Positions 55,507 through 64,000 of a stretch of 64,000 nucleotides of DNA are shown here, one piece after another. The notes under the pieces were generated by a model that was not told the origin of the DNA, did no database searches, and saw only the letters and a program-made list of their open reading frames with translations. The stretch's first letter is position 1. Each line of letters begins with the position of its first letter. The position numbers were made by a program, and so were the translations under genes. This stretch comes from Thermodesulfobacteriota bacterium (GTDB lineage: Bacteria; Desulfobacterota; QYQD01): the NCBI GenBank assembly GCA_031082315.1, contig JAVHLC010000002.1, positions 147,362-211,361 on the forward strand, in the 5' to 3' direction.

Positions 55507-56979
55507 ATGAAGAAAGGTCTAATAATTATAGCTGTCGCCCTGTTCGTGGCCGCTATGGCGCTGCCGGCTATGGCCGTGGAGGTAAGCATCAGCGGTTACT
55601 ACCAGGTGCGGGGTTTCTATCAGAGCAATGCTAATCAGGGTATGGTTACGCCGTGGGATGGATCATCCGTACCAGCCGCTGTTGATAATTCTTCGCCAGC
55701 GGACGCTGATTACACTGATCCAGGCGATTTTCCCGGCAATTACGGCAGCCCGGAGGCCTGGTGGGATCATTTCCTGTGCATCGAGCCGGTATTCAAGATA
55801 ACCGACAACCTGAAACTCCATACCGCCATCGGCATTTTTAACAACCAGATGTGGGGAAGCAGTAAGACCAGCGGCGCTTGTTCCTGTGCCGGTGAGGTAG
55901 GAGTGGACGCCTTTGGAGCTGATGCCACCAACATCAGTTGGGATGCTGCTTACATCGAATGGGCCACGCCTAATGGTACCCTTATGGTGGGCCGCATGGC
56001 CGGCAATTACACCTATTTTACGGGCTGGGCCAACACCGAGATGTGTCTGGACCACATCGAATATACCTCGCCGCTGTGGAACGGCTTCGGTCTGAACGCC
56101 TTCATGGAGAAACGGCAGGAAAACAGCGCTACCTCCGGCAACAACGCTGCGGATGAGGACATCGACCGCTATTCGCTGGTCCTCAGCTATGCCCAGCCTT
56201 GTTACTCCATCGGCGCGGGCATCAACTACGTCCGTGACCGGAGTGGGTCTGCTACCGGTACTACCTGGAAGGCCGATCAATATGACTACGTCTTCGGCCT
56301 GACGGCCAATGACCCGACCAACACCTGGTTCTTCGAGGGCGAACTCATGCTCAATGACGGCGACTATACAGATTACTATGGCGCCACGCAGGACATCGAC
56401 CGGGGCGGCTGGGGTTACTATGTCAACCTCGGCATGAAAAAGGAAGCGCTCACGGTCGGTGTGGCCACGGCCTTTACCTCCGGCGATGACAATGACAGCG
56501 ACAGCGACTATGACGTAGGTCCGGCCTCCGGCCTGGACTTCCAGCCGCTCTATATCGTCTATGGTCCATACGGCAACATCCTGAATTCTTCGCTCATGGA
56601 TACGACGAGGAAGGCCGGTTATTCCAATACCACCGGGGAACAGTTTGGCCTCCCGGGAACTGACGGTGGCGCAAACGATACCGCAACAGGTTCACAGGTC
56701 TATTGGCTCTATGCCGACTACCAGGTCAATCCCCAGTTGGCCCTGCACGGCGCCCTGGCCGTGGCCTATGCGGACAAGGTCAACAGCACTCTCTACCAGG
56801 ACGACAAGTTCGGCACCGAGTTTGATTTGGGCCTGAAGTACCAGATCATGAGCAATCTGGCCTATGAGTTGCACTTCGGCTACCTGTGGACGGGCGACTT
56901 CTTCAAGGGTGCGAGCGCTAACAATTACAACACGGATGACGTCTATCAGATCGACCACAGCCTGACGCTGAGCTTCTAG
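55507..56979 (+). CDS. Outer-membrane beta-barrel porin, paralogue 2
   Basis: Same RBS and N-terminus (MKKGLIII) and same C-terminus (TDDVYQIDHSLTLSF) as porin 1; longer loops. Confidence 0.85.
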   Translation: MKKGLIIIAVALFVAAMALPAMAVEVSISGYYQVRGFYQSNANQGMVTPWDGSSVPAAVDNSSPADADYTDPGDFPGNYGSPEAWWDHFLCIEPVFKITDNLKLHTAIGIFNNQMWGSSKTSGACSCAGEVGVDAFGADATNISWDAAYIEWATPNGTLMVGRMAGNYTYFTGWANTEMCLDHIEYTSPLWNGFGLNAFMEKRQENSATSGNNAADEDIDRYSLVLSYAQPCYSIGAGINYVRDRSGSATGTTWKADQYDYVFGLTANDPTNTWFFEGELMLNDGDYTDYYGATQDIDRGGWGYYVNLGMKKEALTVGVATAFTSGDDNDSDSDYDVGPASGLDFQPLYIVYGPYGNILNSSLMDTTRKAGYSNTTGEQFGLPGTDGGANDTATGSQVYWLYADYQVNPQLALHGALAVAYADKVNSTLYQDDKFGTEFDLGLKYQIMSNLAYELHFGYLWTGDFFKGASANNYNTDDVYQIDHSLTLSF

Positions 56980-57088
56980 GAAAACAGGAGACAGAATAGG
57001 ATTTTTCACCGCAAAGACGCGGAGGACGCAAAGGAAGATATAATTTTTCTCTGCGTTCTCCGCGCGCTCTGCGGTGAAATTTTTTGTA

Positions 57089-57577
57089 ATGGACATGCCG
57101 AAACGTCTTTATATAGACCCGAAGGAATGCAAGGCCTGCGGCGCATGTGAGGAGATATGCCCGGAGGTCTTCAGGGTCGATGAAAATCTCGGGTATGCCC
57201 AGATACTGGATTTAGAGACGTATCCGGAAGACAAGATCAACGAGGCCATTGTTGCCTGCCCGGGCCGCTGCATTGACTGGAATGAATCAAAGGATGCCGA
57301 AAATCCCCCTGTATCCCCCTTTTCCAAAGGGGGAAGTAATAAGATCCCCCCGTTAGTAAAGGGACAAACTAAAACCCCCCTTTTGCTAAATGGGCAAGCT
57401 AAAATCCCCCCTTTAACAAAGGGGGGCGAGGGGGGATTTTCAGGTGACAACGAATACTTTTGTCAGAAATACCAGGAACCCATCAAGACAAAGCCGCCGG
57501 CCTGTCCCCATCCCCTGGATTACTGTCAGTTCAGGTCTTCCTGCCCGGTGCATTTCTTAGAGAAGGAGCGTAGTTAA
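57089..57577 (+). CDS. Single-cluster ferredoxin fused through a repeat-derived linker to a Cys4 C-terminal domain
   Basis: CKACGACEEICPEVF...ACPGRCI; linker ENPPVSPFSKGG...KGGEGGFS; C-terminal CQK...CPHPLDYCQFRSSC. Confidence 0.75.
   Translation: MDMPKRLYIDPKECKACGACEEICPEVFRVDENLGYAQILDLETYPEDKINEAIVACPGRCIDWNESKDAENPPVSPFSKGGSNKIPPLVKGQTKTPLLLNGQAKIPPLTKGGEGGFSGDNEYFCQKYQEPIKTKPPACPHPLDYCQFRSSCPVHFLEKERS
57299..57441. repeat. C/G-run palindromic element (4 hairpin units) in frame inside the ferredoxin gene
   Basis: GAAAATCCCCCTGTATCCCCCTTTTCCAAAGGGGG ... CCCCCCTTTAACAAAGGGGGGCGAGGGGGGATTTTC. Confidence 0.85.
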
Positions 57578-57683
57578 TTTACATCCGAAAACTCCGGTTT
57601 ACTGGATGCAGCGGTCAGCAGTCAGCTATCAGCTTTCAGCTTAAGCTGTTGTTTGTCTTATTTTTTACTGACGGCTAAACGCT

Positions 57684-57760
57684 AAAATCCCCCTCAATCC
57701 CCCTTTTCCGAAGGGGGAAGTGTCTCTCCTCCCTTTGAAAAGGGAGGTTGGGAGAGATTT
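57684..57760. repeat. Same palindromic element, intergenic copy
   Basis: AAAATCCCCCTCAATCCCCCTTTTCCGAAGGGGG...CTCCCTTTGAAAAGGGAGGTTGGGAGAGATTT. Confidence 0.8.
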
Positions 57761-57794
57761 AAGAATACTCTCTCAACCAACTAAAATGACACAA

Positions 57795-57929
57795 GAGAGG
57801 CGCTTGCAAAACTGCTTGTCATCCCCGAATGCCTCTATCGGGGATATGGTTTTTAAGGCAGTTAGAACCAGATTACCGCTCAGAATCGCTACGGGAATGA
57901 CAGAATGGAGGCTTTTGCAAGAAACTCTC
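57795..57929. repeat. MITE-like element with TGTCAT(C/T)CC hairpin core
   Basis: Ends GAGAGGCGCTTGCAAAA / TTTTGCAAGAAACTCTC; inverted relative at 58534-58658. Confidence 0.7.
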
Positions 57930-57968
57930 AATTTATTGATATTCTTATTTTCTCTGTGTGCTCTATGG

Positions 57969-58352
57969 TTAATCCTCCCCCCCGCCGGTCCCGATTTTTT
58001 TCCTCAATCGCCGGTCCGCATCTATTATTTGCCTTACATCATCACCAGTTATCTCCCAGGAATACTTTCCCTTCGCATCGCGCCTCAGACGTATGCGGAG
58101 TTTGCTGTCGGCCTTGGATTGTTTTCCGTCACGTTTGGATATTTCATTTGAAAATCCCCCTGTATCCCCCTTTCCCAAAGGGGAACCTAACATATTCCCC
58201 CCCTTACTAAAGGGGGACGAGGGGGGATTATTCTCATCGGCCTTCGCTGATGGGCCTGCAATGGGATTGGCCCTCTCGTCTGAAGGGCTGCAATTAAAAC
58301 TAGCCAGTGACAGGAGGAGGATTATACCTATATGTGCCAATAACCTTAGCAT
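57969..58352 (-). CDS. Putative lipoprotein carrying an in-frame palindromic element (58150-58233)
   Basis: Hydrophobic signal ending in FNC; NPPSSPFSKGG...PLGKGDTGGFS insert; compact C-terminal domain IRLRRDAKGKYSWEITGDD. Confidence 0.7.
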   Translation of the reverse strand: MLRLLAHIGIILLLSLASFNCSPSDERANPIAGPSAKADENNPPSSPFSKGGNMLGSPLGKGDTGGFSNEISKRDGKQSKADSKLRIRLRRDAKGKYSWEITGDDVRQIIDADRRLRKKIGTGGGED

Positions 58353-58533
58353 GTTCCTGTGGCCAACTCCTGGGGCATACATATCGTTTATTATCGGTAA
58401 GGATGCCGGTGGACTGAAATATCTGCTAGCTTTCAACAGCCCGAAATGCTACAGGTTCTTAGATTTGGAACTCAGAAACTCATGAAGAAAAATGCGTTCT
58501 ATTCCTGATTTCTTGATTTCCAGATTCATTTAA

Positions 58534-58658
58534 GTGAGCCTCTTACAAAACTCCATTTTTTGTCATTCCCGCAACGCTTTTGAGCGGGAATCTGGTTTTT
58601 AAACCCGTATCCGTCCCCGAGTGCCTGTATCGGGGATAAAGGCATTCGGGGATGACAG
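58534..58658. repeat. Inverted relative of 57795-57929
   Basis: TGTCATTCCCGCAACG.TTTTGAGCGGGAATCTGGTT...GGCATTCGGGGATGACA. Confidence 0.7.
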
Positions 58659-58859
58659 ACAATAGAATCGCTCGGAGATGTTTGGATTACCCACTTGAAA
58701 TGAGAAAGAACCTAAAAATATGTTTTTTTTCTTTGCGCCCTTTGCGCCTTTGCGGTGAAAGGAGAAAATCAATTTTATATTGGCAAAAAGGGAAGTTAGG
58801 GCTATCTTGTACGCATTTTTGAAACAGGATAACCCATTTTAAAGGGGGGCAAGGCACGG

Positions 58860-60617
58860 GTGAACGTCTTATTTTATCTTCTAATCAGTCTTATAGCTTT
58901 TTTTCTGGCTTACAGGTTCTATGCCGGACGCATTGAACGCATTCTTGGCGCCAGCGATGAAAATGAGCCGCCGGCAGTTGCCTATTATAACGGTATAGAC
59001 TATGTGCCTACAAAACCTTCCGTTGTATTCTCCCATCATTTCGCCTCCATAGCCGGGGCCGGCCCTGTTATCGGCCCGGTGGTGGCCTTAGTTTATGGTT
59101 TTGCCCCGGCCTGGGTATGGATCGTGGCCGGTACAGTTTTCTTCGGCGCCGTGCATGATTATACGGCCCTCTTTGTCAGTATGCGCGAAAAGGGGCGCTC
59201 TATGGCGGAAGTGGCCCGCATATCCATGGGTAATGCCGGTTTTGTGCTGTTTATTCTTTTTACTCTTACTATGGTCTTCCTGGTGACCGGCGCCTTTCTC
59301 AGACTCACGGCCACGGCCTTGACCTCGGTAGTTGACCTTGATGTGATCGGGTTGGATAAAAACCAGACCATTCTGCGCACGGTGACGGATGCAGGAACAG
59401 GGACGGTGCAAGGGGCTATCGGGGGTATTGCCTCTACCTCAGTTATCGTTATTACCTTCATGGCCCCTGCAATCGGGTATCTGCTTTATAAGAAAAAGAT
59501 TAAGCCAGGCCTGGCTGCCGTATTGGCCTCTTCCGTATGCCTTTTTTCCGTGCTGACAGGCTTTAAATATCCTTTGAGCCTTTCGCCTGACCACTGGATG
59601 CTCATTCTTTCCTTGTATGCCCTGGTAGCCGCGGGAGTTCCGGTCTGGATCATCCTTCAGCCACGGGACTATATTAACTCTTTCATCCTTTATGCCGGGA
59701 TCGTGCTTCTTACCGTGGCTATCGCCATAGGAGGGTTTTCAGGCCTGGCCGTCGGCGCGCCGTTAATAAACGTGGAGATGGGCGCAGCAAAACTTGGTTT
59801 GATGTGGCCGGTTCTTTTCATCACCGTGGCCTGCGGGGCCATATCCGGGTTTCATGCCCTGGTGTGCGGCGGCACCACTTCCAAACAGTGCGCCTCTGAG
59901 AGTGACGCTAAAAAGATAGGCTATGGCGCTATGCTGCTGGAAGGACTTCTGGCGGTCATTGTCCTGGTGGTGGTAGCCAGCAGCCTGACCCATAGCGATT
60001 ATCTACGCATCGTCTTCCCGGATGACCCCGGCGCGCGCAGCAACCCCGTGCTGGCCTTTGCCCTGGCCACCGGCCGGATCATGCATGGTTCTCTAAACAT
60101 GCCGGTTTATCTGGGGACTATCTTCGGTATCCTGCTGGTAGAGGGATTCCTGGCCACTACCCTGGATACGGCGGTGCGGTTGAACCGCTATCTTTTCGAG
60201 GAGTTATGGGGGGTTATATTTAAGCGAGTCCCCCGGCTTTTAAGGTCGTATCTCTTTAATGCCGGACTGTCCGTGGTCATAATGTATGCCCTGGCCTATA
60301 AACAGGCGTTTTTTATCCTGTGGCCGGTTTTTGGCACGGCCAACCAGCTCCTGGCCGGGCTGACGCTTATAGCGGTTAGTATCTGGTTTATGCGCCAGGG
60401 TAAAAAAGTCGGCCTTATCACCCTGATCCCGGCCTCATTCATGATGATTACCACCATCTTTTCGCTTTTTTATCTTTTACTTAAGAAGGACGGTTACCTG
60501 GTCACGGGAAACTATGTGCTGGCCCTTGCCGATCTTTGTCTTATAGCGCTGGCCATAGGCGTGGTATTTGTGGCTATGCGGACGAAGCTTGACAGGGTAC
60601 CTCAAAAAGAATATTAA
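58860..60617 (+). CDS. cstA: Carbon starvation protein A family transporter
   Basis: HHFASIAGAGPVIGP, GAVHD, LQPRDYIN, ACGAISGFH, TTLDTAVRL.RY, WPVFGTANQL. Confidence 0.95.
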   Translation: MNVLFYLLISLIAFFLAYRFYAGRIERILGASDENEPPAVAYYNGIDYVPTKPSVVFSHHFASIAGAGPVIGPVVALVYGFAPAWVWIVAGTVFFGAVHDYTALFVSMREKGRSMAEVARISMGNAGFVLFILFTLTMVFLVTGAFLRLTATALTSVVDLDVIGLDKNQTILRTVTDAGTGTVQGAIGGIASTSVIVITFMAPAIGYLLYKKKIKPGLAAVLASSVCLFSVLTGFKYPLSLSPDHWMLILSLYALVAAGVPVWIILQPRDYINSFILYAGIVLLTVAIAIGGFSGLAVGAPLINVEMGAAKLGLMWPVLFITVACGAISGFHALVCGGTTSKQCASESDAKKIGYGAMLLEGLLAVIVLVVVASSLTHSDYLRIVFPDDPGARSNPVLAFALATGRIMHGSLNMPVYLGTIFGILLVEGFLATTLDTAVRLNRYLFEELWGVIFKRVPRLLRSYLFNAGLSVVIMYALAYKQAFFILWPVFGTANQLLAGLTLIAVSIWFMRQGKKVGLITLIPASFMMITTIFSLFYLLLKKDGYLVTGNYVLALADLCLIALAIGVVFVAMRTKLDRVPQKEY

Positions 60618-60822
60618 TTAGTTCCCATCCGAAAAGTCAAAATTTTCGGATGGAGCGGTCAGCATTCAGCTATCGGCATGAAGCCGGTCCACCGTTCACT
60701 GTTGACCGTTTACCGAAAGAAAATGTCGAACAACGGTTAACGGATAACAAACATGCTGACGGCTGAATGCTGACCGCTGAGAGCTTTCATTCGGAAACGG
60801 TAGTTTTCGGATGAACACTAAT
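60617..60822. mobile_element. MITE-like element with 19-bp imperfect TIRs and heptamer-repeat interior
   Basis: ATTAGTTCCCATCCGAAAA ... TTTTCGGATGAACACTAAT; interior shared with 28880-29050. Confidence 0.65.
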
Positions 60823-60890
60823 CTGCCGTCAGCTATCAGCCTTCTTGCCCGTCAGAGACGGACGGCTACAGGGGGACAGGACACAAGGGA

Positions 60891-62096
60891 ATGAATGCCT
60901 CCAGAAAAAGCGAGAATTATCTTTTTCTTTGTGTCTTTGTGTCCTTGTGGCTAAATTTTCTCTTTTTTATCCCTCATTTTTCTTCCTCTCTTAGTTACGC
61001 CCAGGCCGGACCTTTTCCAAAGGACAAGATAGTCTATGTAGGCCAGATTACACAGGACGAAGAGGGAAAATTTATTTCCTATCCCTCTTATGTCTATGTG
61101 GACCCTGTTAAGCGCGAGGTTTATATTATTGAAGGCCGGGGCCGCATTTTGATCTACAATGCCAGTTTTTTCCCCTTATTTACATTAGATAAGAACTACG
61201 GCATTGAGAGCCCGCAGGGGGTGATGATAGACGCCCGCGGCTATCTATGGGTAGCGCAGGGGGCGGGACCGAATAACCGGCGCGGCCGTATCTCGCTCTT
61301 TGACCCTTGTCTTAAATGGATGCGGGACATATATTTTAGCGGGTTTATAGGGGCGGAGGAATTTATCCCGTATCGATTAGCTGAAAATAGCCGCGGGGAA
61401 ATATTTGTTATCGGCACTTACAGCCCGGCAGTCGTCATCCTGGACAGTTTCGGTAATTTTCAGGGGACTTTTTTTCAGGAGGAAGAGGGGGAAGGCCAGA
61501 AGAAGAGGGTGGCGGTCAATGATGTCCTGATCGGCCCGGACGACCGCTTATATCTGTTAAGTGAAGAGACCAGCCATGTCTATGTCTATGATGCCGACCG
61601 TAATTTCCTCTTTAAATTCGGTCAGAAGGGCGGCAGCACCGGCAAGATGAGCCGGCCGCAGGGCATCGGGCTGGACAAACGGACCGGGATTTTTTTTATC
61701 GTCGATTACATGCGCCATGTGGTGACGGCTTATGACCGCAAGGGCGGGTTTATATTTGAATTTGGCGGCTTAGGATGGGGAGAGGGATGGCTGCAATATC
61801 CCAAGGACATCACGGTGGATGAAACCGGTCGGGTTTTTATAGCCGATTTGTTTAATAACCGTGTGCAGGTGTTACAGGTTATAGAGCAGGTTTTACCGGA
61901 AAAAGCGGCAGAGGAAGTAGAACCGGTAGGGCCGGAAGGGGTCGAGGTCCCCGGAGAACAGGTTAAGGCGCCGGAGCCGGCCGGAGCCGTAGAAAGTAAG
62001 GGCGTAACATCCATACCGCCGGTGCCGATAAGCGAGACAGAGCCTAAAAAGAGTGAACGCATGGAAACCGGCACGGAAGGGGAAGCAGGCAAATAA
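60891..62096 (+). CDS. Secreted NHL-repeat six-bladed beta-propeller protein with a Pro/Glu-rich tail
   Basis: Repeated P.G/D.....G..Y/F..D motifs, FKFGQKGGSTGKMSRPQGI, FGGLGWGEGWLQYPKDI..D..GRVFIADLFNNRVQV. Confidence 0.88.
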   Translation: MNASRKSENYLFLCVFVSLWLNFLFFIPHFSSSLSYAQAGPFPKDKIVYVGQITQDEEGKFISYPSYVYVDPVKREVYIIEGRGRILIYNASFFPLFTLDKNYGIESPQGVMIDARGYLWVAQGAGPNNRRGRISLFDPCLKWMRDIYFSGFIGAEEFIPYRLAENSRGEIFVIGTYSPAVVILDSFGNFQGTFFQEEEGEGQKKRVAVNDVLIGPDDRLYLLSEETSHVYVYDADRNFLFKFGQKGGSTGKMSRPQGIGLDKRTGIFFIVDYMRHVVTAYDRKGGFIFEFGGLGWGEGWLQYPKDITVDETGRVFIADLFNNRVQVLQVIEQVLPEKAAEEVEPVGPEGVEVPGEQVKAPEPAGAVESKGVTSIPPVPISETEPKKSERMETGTEGEAGK

Positions 62097-62189
62097 GAGC
62101 TGGGTGATAGTTCAAAGCTGAAAGCTGGAAGGCTCAAGGCAAAAAGTAATGACCGGTTCAAATGGATTTTGGAAAAACATTTTTAAAAC

Positions 62190-62217
62190 TAATGTTATAG
62201 GCACAATCTGCCGATAA
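62190..62217 (+). promoter_or_regulatory. Possible sigma28 promoter
   Basis: TAATGTTA-N12-GCCGATAA (perfect -10, spacer one base long). Confidence 0.45.
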
Positions 62218-62261
62218 AATAAATGGTAAGGTTCAAACTCTGAGGGGCTTTATCTAATCAG

Positions 62262-63440
62262 ATGAAAGATACCTTAATCACACTTGCAATATGTATCTTC
62301 TTGACCACAAATCCGGTATATGCCGGGACTTATCTTGATTCAGCCCACGGGAATACCTCTTACGGTGTAAGCCGAACGAGCACTTCCTCCGTCTATACCA
62401 AGGGGCACTGCGCCCACTGCCATGAGCAGCACGCCAGTATTGAGGGTGTGGAACCAGACCCTACCGGCGGGCCTGATAAATGGCTGGTCTTCACCACCCT
62501 GTATACTGATCAGGATACCGGGCTCTGTCTCAGCTGCCACGCCGGCAGTTCCAGCCAGGTAGGCATGCCCAACCAATACACCTTCAGTTACAAATTCGGA
62601 GGGGACACCAGTCTTACCTGTCCAAGCAGCATCGCACAGGCGTTCAGCTTTATCACAGAAGGCGGCGTGCCCCAATCAACCTGCGGCTCCACCACGGGCT
62701 CTTCGCATCAGCTGACGGCAGTGAGAACGTTTTTGAAGAGCAAGTGGGGATTCGGCGCCACAAACCCCAAGGTGAATCCGTGCTCCGGGTGCCACAATCC
62801 GCACAGGGCGCAGAGGCATAGCTACCCGTCGGGGAGCGCAGGCACGTCTCCGCTATCCCGGCCCACCACGCATGACGGTGACTGGAATGTGTACGGCGCC
62901 GCCACGAACGAACGGATGAGCAACTACGTCTATCAGGCCCCTTACTCTTCCGGTTCCGCAACGACCTATGAGCCTGACGGTACGGTTACCTTGGACGGAT
63001 CCAATATGCCGGATTATGTGACGTTTTGTACGGACTGCCACAATGCCTCTTACAGCACCGGCCAGATGACAAGCTCGCAGAAATCCCAGTTCGCAACCGT
63101 CGGTGCACAGCCGTACATCAGGAGCCCGAACTGGACTACATCCCCGCACGGGCAGGCCGATGCCAGTATGGACGCCACGAAAAGAAAGGCTCCCTACACA
63201 GCAGACAAGAATTATGTCCTTTCCTGTACTGATTGCCACGAGGCCCATGGCAGCCCCAACCGCATGCTCATCCGCAAGGAAATAAACGGCTCAAGCGTCG
63301 TGACCTTTGATACCTGGAATGATCGAGACGGCTGGTTCACGGTCTGCCAGCGCTGTCACACCATCGACAGCGGCCACAAGGGCTCCAATCCGTGCTATGT
63401 GTGCCATCAGCACGACACAAGCTGGTTCAAACCTATCTAA
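62262..63440 (+). CDS. Secreted heptaheme cytochrome c
   Basis: Signal peptide, GTYLDSAHG N-terminus, 7 CxxCH motifs (CAHCH, CLSCH, CSGCH, CTDCH x2, CQRCH, CYVCH) plus 2 extra Cys. Confidence 0.9.
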   Translation: MKDTLITLAICIFLTTNPVYAGTYLDSAHGNTSYGVSRTSTSSVYTKGHCAHCHEQHASIEGVEPDPTGGPDKWLVFTTLYTDQDTGLCLSCHAGSSSQVGMPNQYTFSYKFGGDTSLTCPSSIAQAFSFITEGGVPQSTCGSTTGSSHQLTAVRTFLKSKWGFGATNPKVNPCSGCHNPHRAQRHSYPSGSAGTSPLSRPTTHDGDWNVYGAATNERMSNYVYQAPYSSGSATTYEPDGTVTLDGSNMPDYVTFCTDCHNASYSTGQMTSSQKSQFATVGAQPYIRSPNWTTSPHGQADASMDATKRKAPYTADKNYVLSCTDCHEAHGSPNRMLIRKEINGSSVVTFDTWNDRDGWFTVCQRCHTIDSGHKGSNPCYVCHQHDTSWFKPI

Positions 63441-63522
63441 AGAGGGGAGACAATGGCAAGATTATCGCTCTATATAGGGTTTGGGAAATTTTAAAATAAA
63501 TATTCAAGAGACGGTCCGTTCC

Positions 63523-64000
63523 ATGGAACTCAAGCGGCATAACGTAAAAATACTACAAATAATCATTATATATATTGCGGCATTGATCGTAGTAATCCCA
63601 AATCTATCCCACGCCAAGGTCACCGGCGTCTGTTACAACTGTCATACCATGCACAACAGCCAGGGCGGCGCGTCCATGGCCCAGGAATATTCTTCCGGGA
63701 GCGGCGGGTTGACAGGGGATTCCAGCCCAAACCCGTGTCTGCTGTCTTATGACTGCGTTGGTTGTCATTTTTCCAGTACGGCCAATACCATTGTAAGTAA
63801 TACCCCCGTAGTTCTGAATAGCGCCGCCCCTGCTTCTCCTCTGGCGGGGGGTAATTTTTATTGGGCTGTGAATACTGGCGATAAATATGGTCACAATGTG
63901 TATGGAATTAAGGCTCAGGAAGGCTCGCCGATGGATGCACCTCCGGGCTTCAAGGCAAGTGCTGGCACGCCCAGTGGCTACGGAACCGGGCCGGCCTCAT
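63523..64000 (+). CDS. OmcS-like multiheme cytochrome c, paralogue 3 (runs off the window end)
   Basis: Not in the ORF track. Manual translation: MELKRHN...SHAKVTGVCYNCHTMHNSQGG...DCVGCH...LAGGNFYW...GHNV...APPG. Confidence 0.9.
   Translation, partial: MELKRHNVKILQIIIIYIAALIVVIPNLSHAKVTGVCYNCHTMHNSQGGASMAQEYSSGSGGLTGDSSPNPCLLSYDCVGCHFSSTANTIVSNTPVVLNSAAPASPLAGGNFYWAVNTGDKYGHNVYGIKAQEGSPMDAPPGFKASAGTPSGYGTGPAS

Noticed and set aside
57720-58210. Plus-strand ORFs 57720-58151 and 57905-58210
   Set aside because: Made of repeat-element sequence and antisense to the lipoprotein gene.

Overview
64 kb of bacterial chromosome that looks like an anaerobic Desulfobacterota (deltaproteobacterial) lineage. 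This is inferred from gene content: the sirC-ccsA-hemA operon, ResB/CcsA system II heme maturation, multiheme cytochromes and Desulfo-type porins. Contents in order: (1) a STAS-cheY-cheA-MCP-cheW-cheR chemosensory operon whose MCP carries a periplasmic heme-c motif and whose CheA carries an MshEN-like repeat. (2) A translation/RNA islet (prfC, ABC-F, an RNase D-like exonuclease, two very basic small proteins) in which prfC and the ABC-F gene share a near-identical promoter-plus-terminator leader. (3) A defence-like island whose core is a PD-(D/E)xK + DGQHR + HEPN three-domain protein translationally coupled to a Dam-family methylase. (4) An extracellular-electron-transfer toolkit: three OmcS-like cytochrome paralogues, two dodecaheme cytochromes, a heptaheme cytochrome, an NHL beta-propeller and two porins. 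One OmcS-like gene sits behind tandem sigma28 promoters and a c-di-GMP-II riboswitch, another behind a sigma54 promoter. (5) Housekeeping genes (nagZ, M16 peptidase, tRNA-Asn, lepA-lepB-ssb, hemA, ppaC, cstA), an SBP-MCP-SBP sensory operon, an intact IS30 and a REP-flanked hicAB. (6) Many small palindromic repeats/MITEs, two of them inserted in frame inside proteins. All calls come from reading motifs by eye; no database searches were run.
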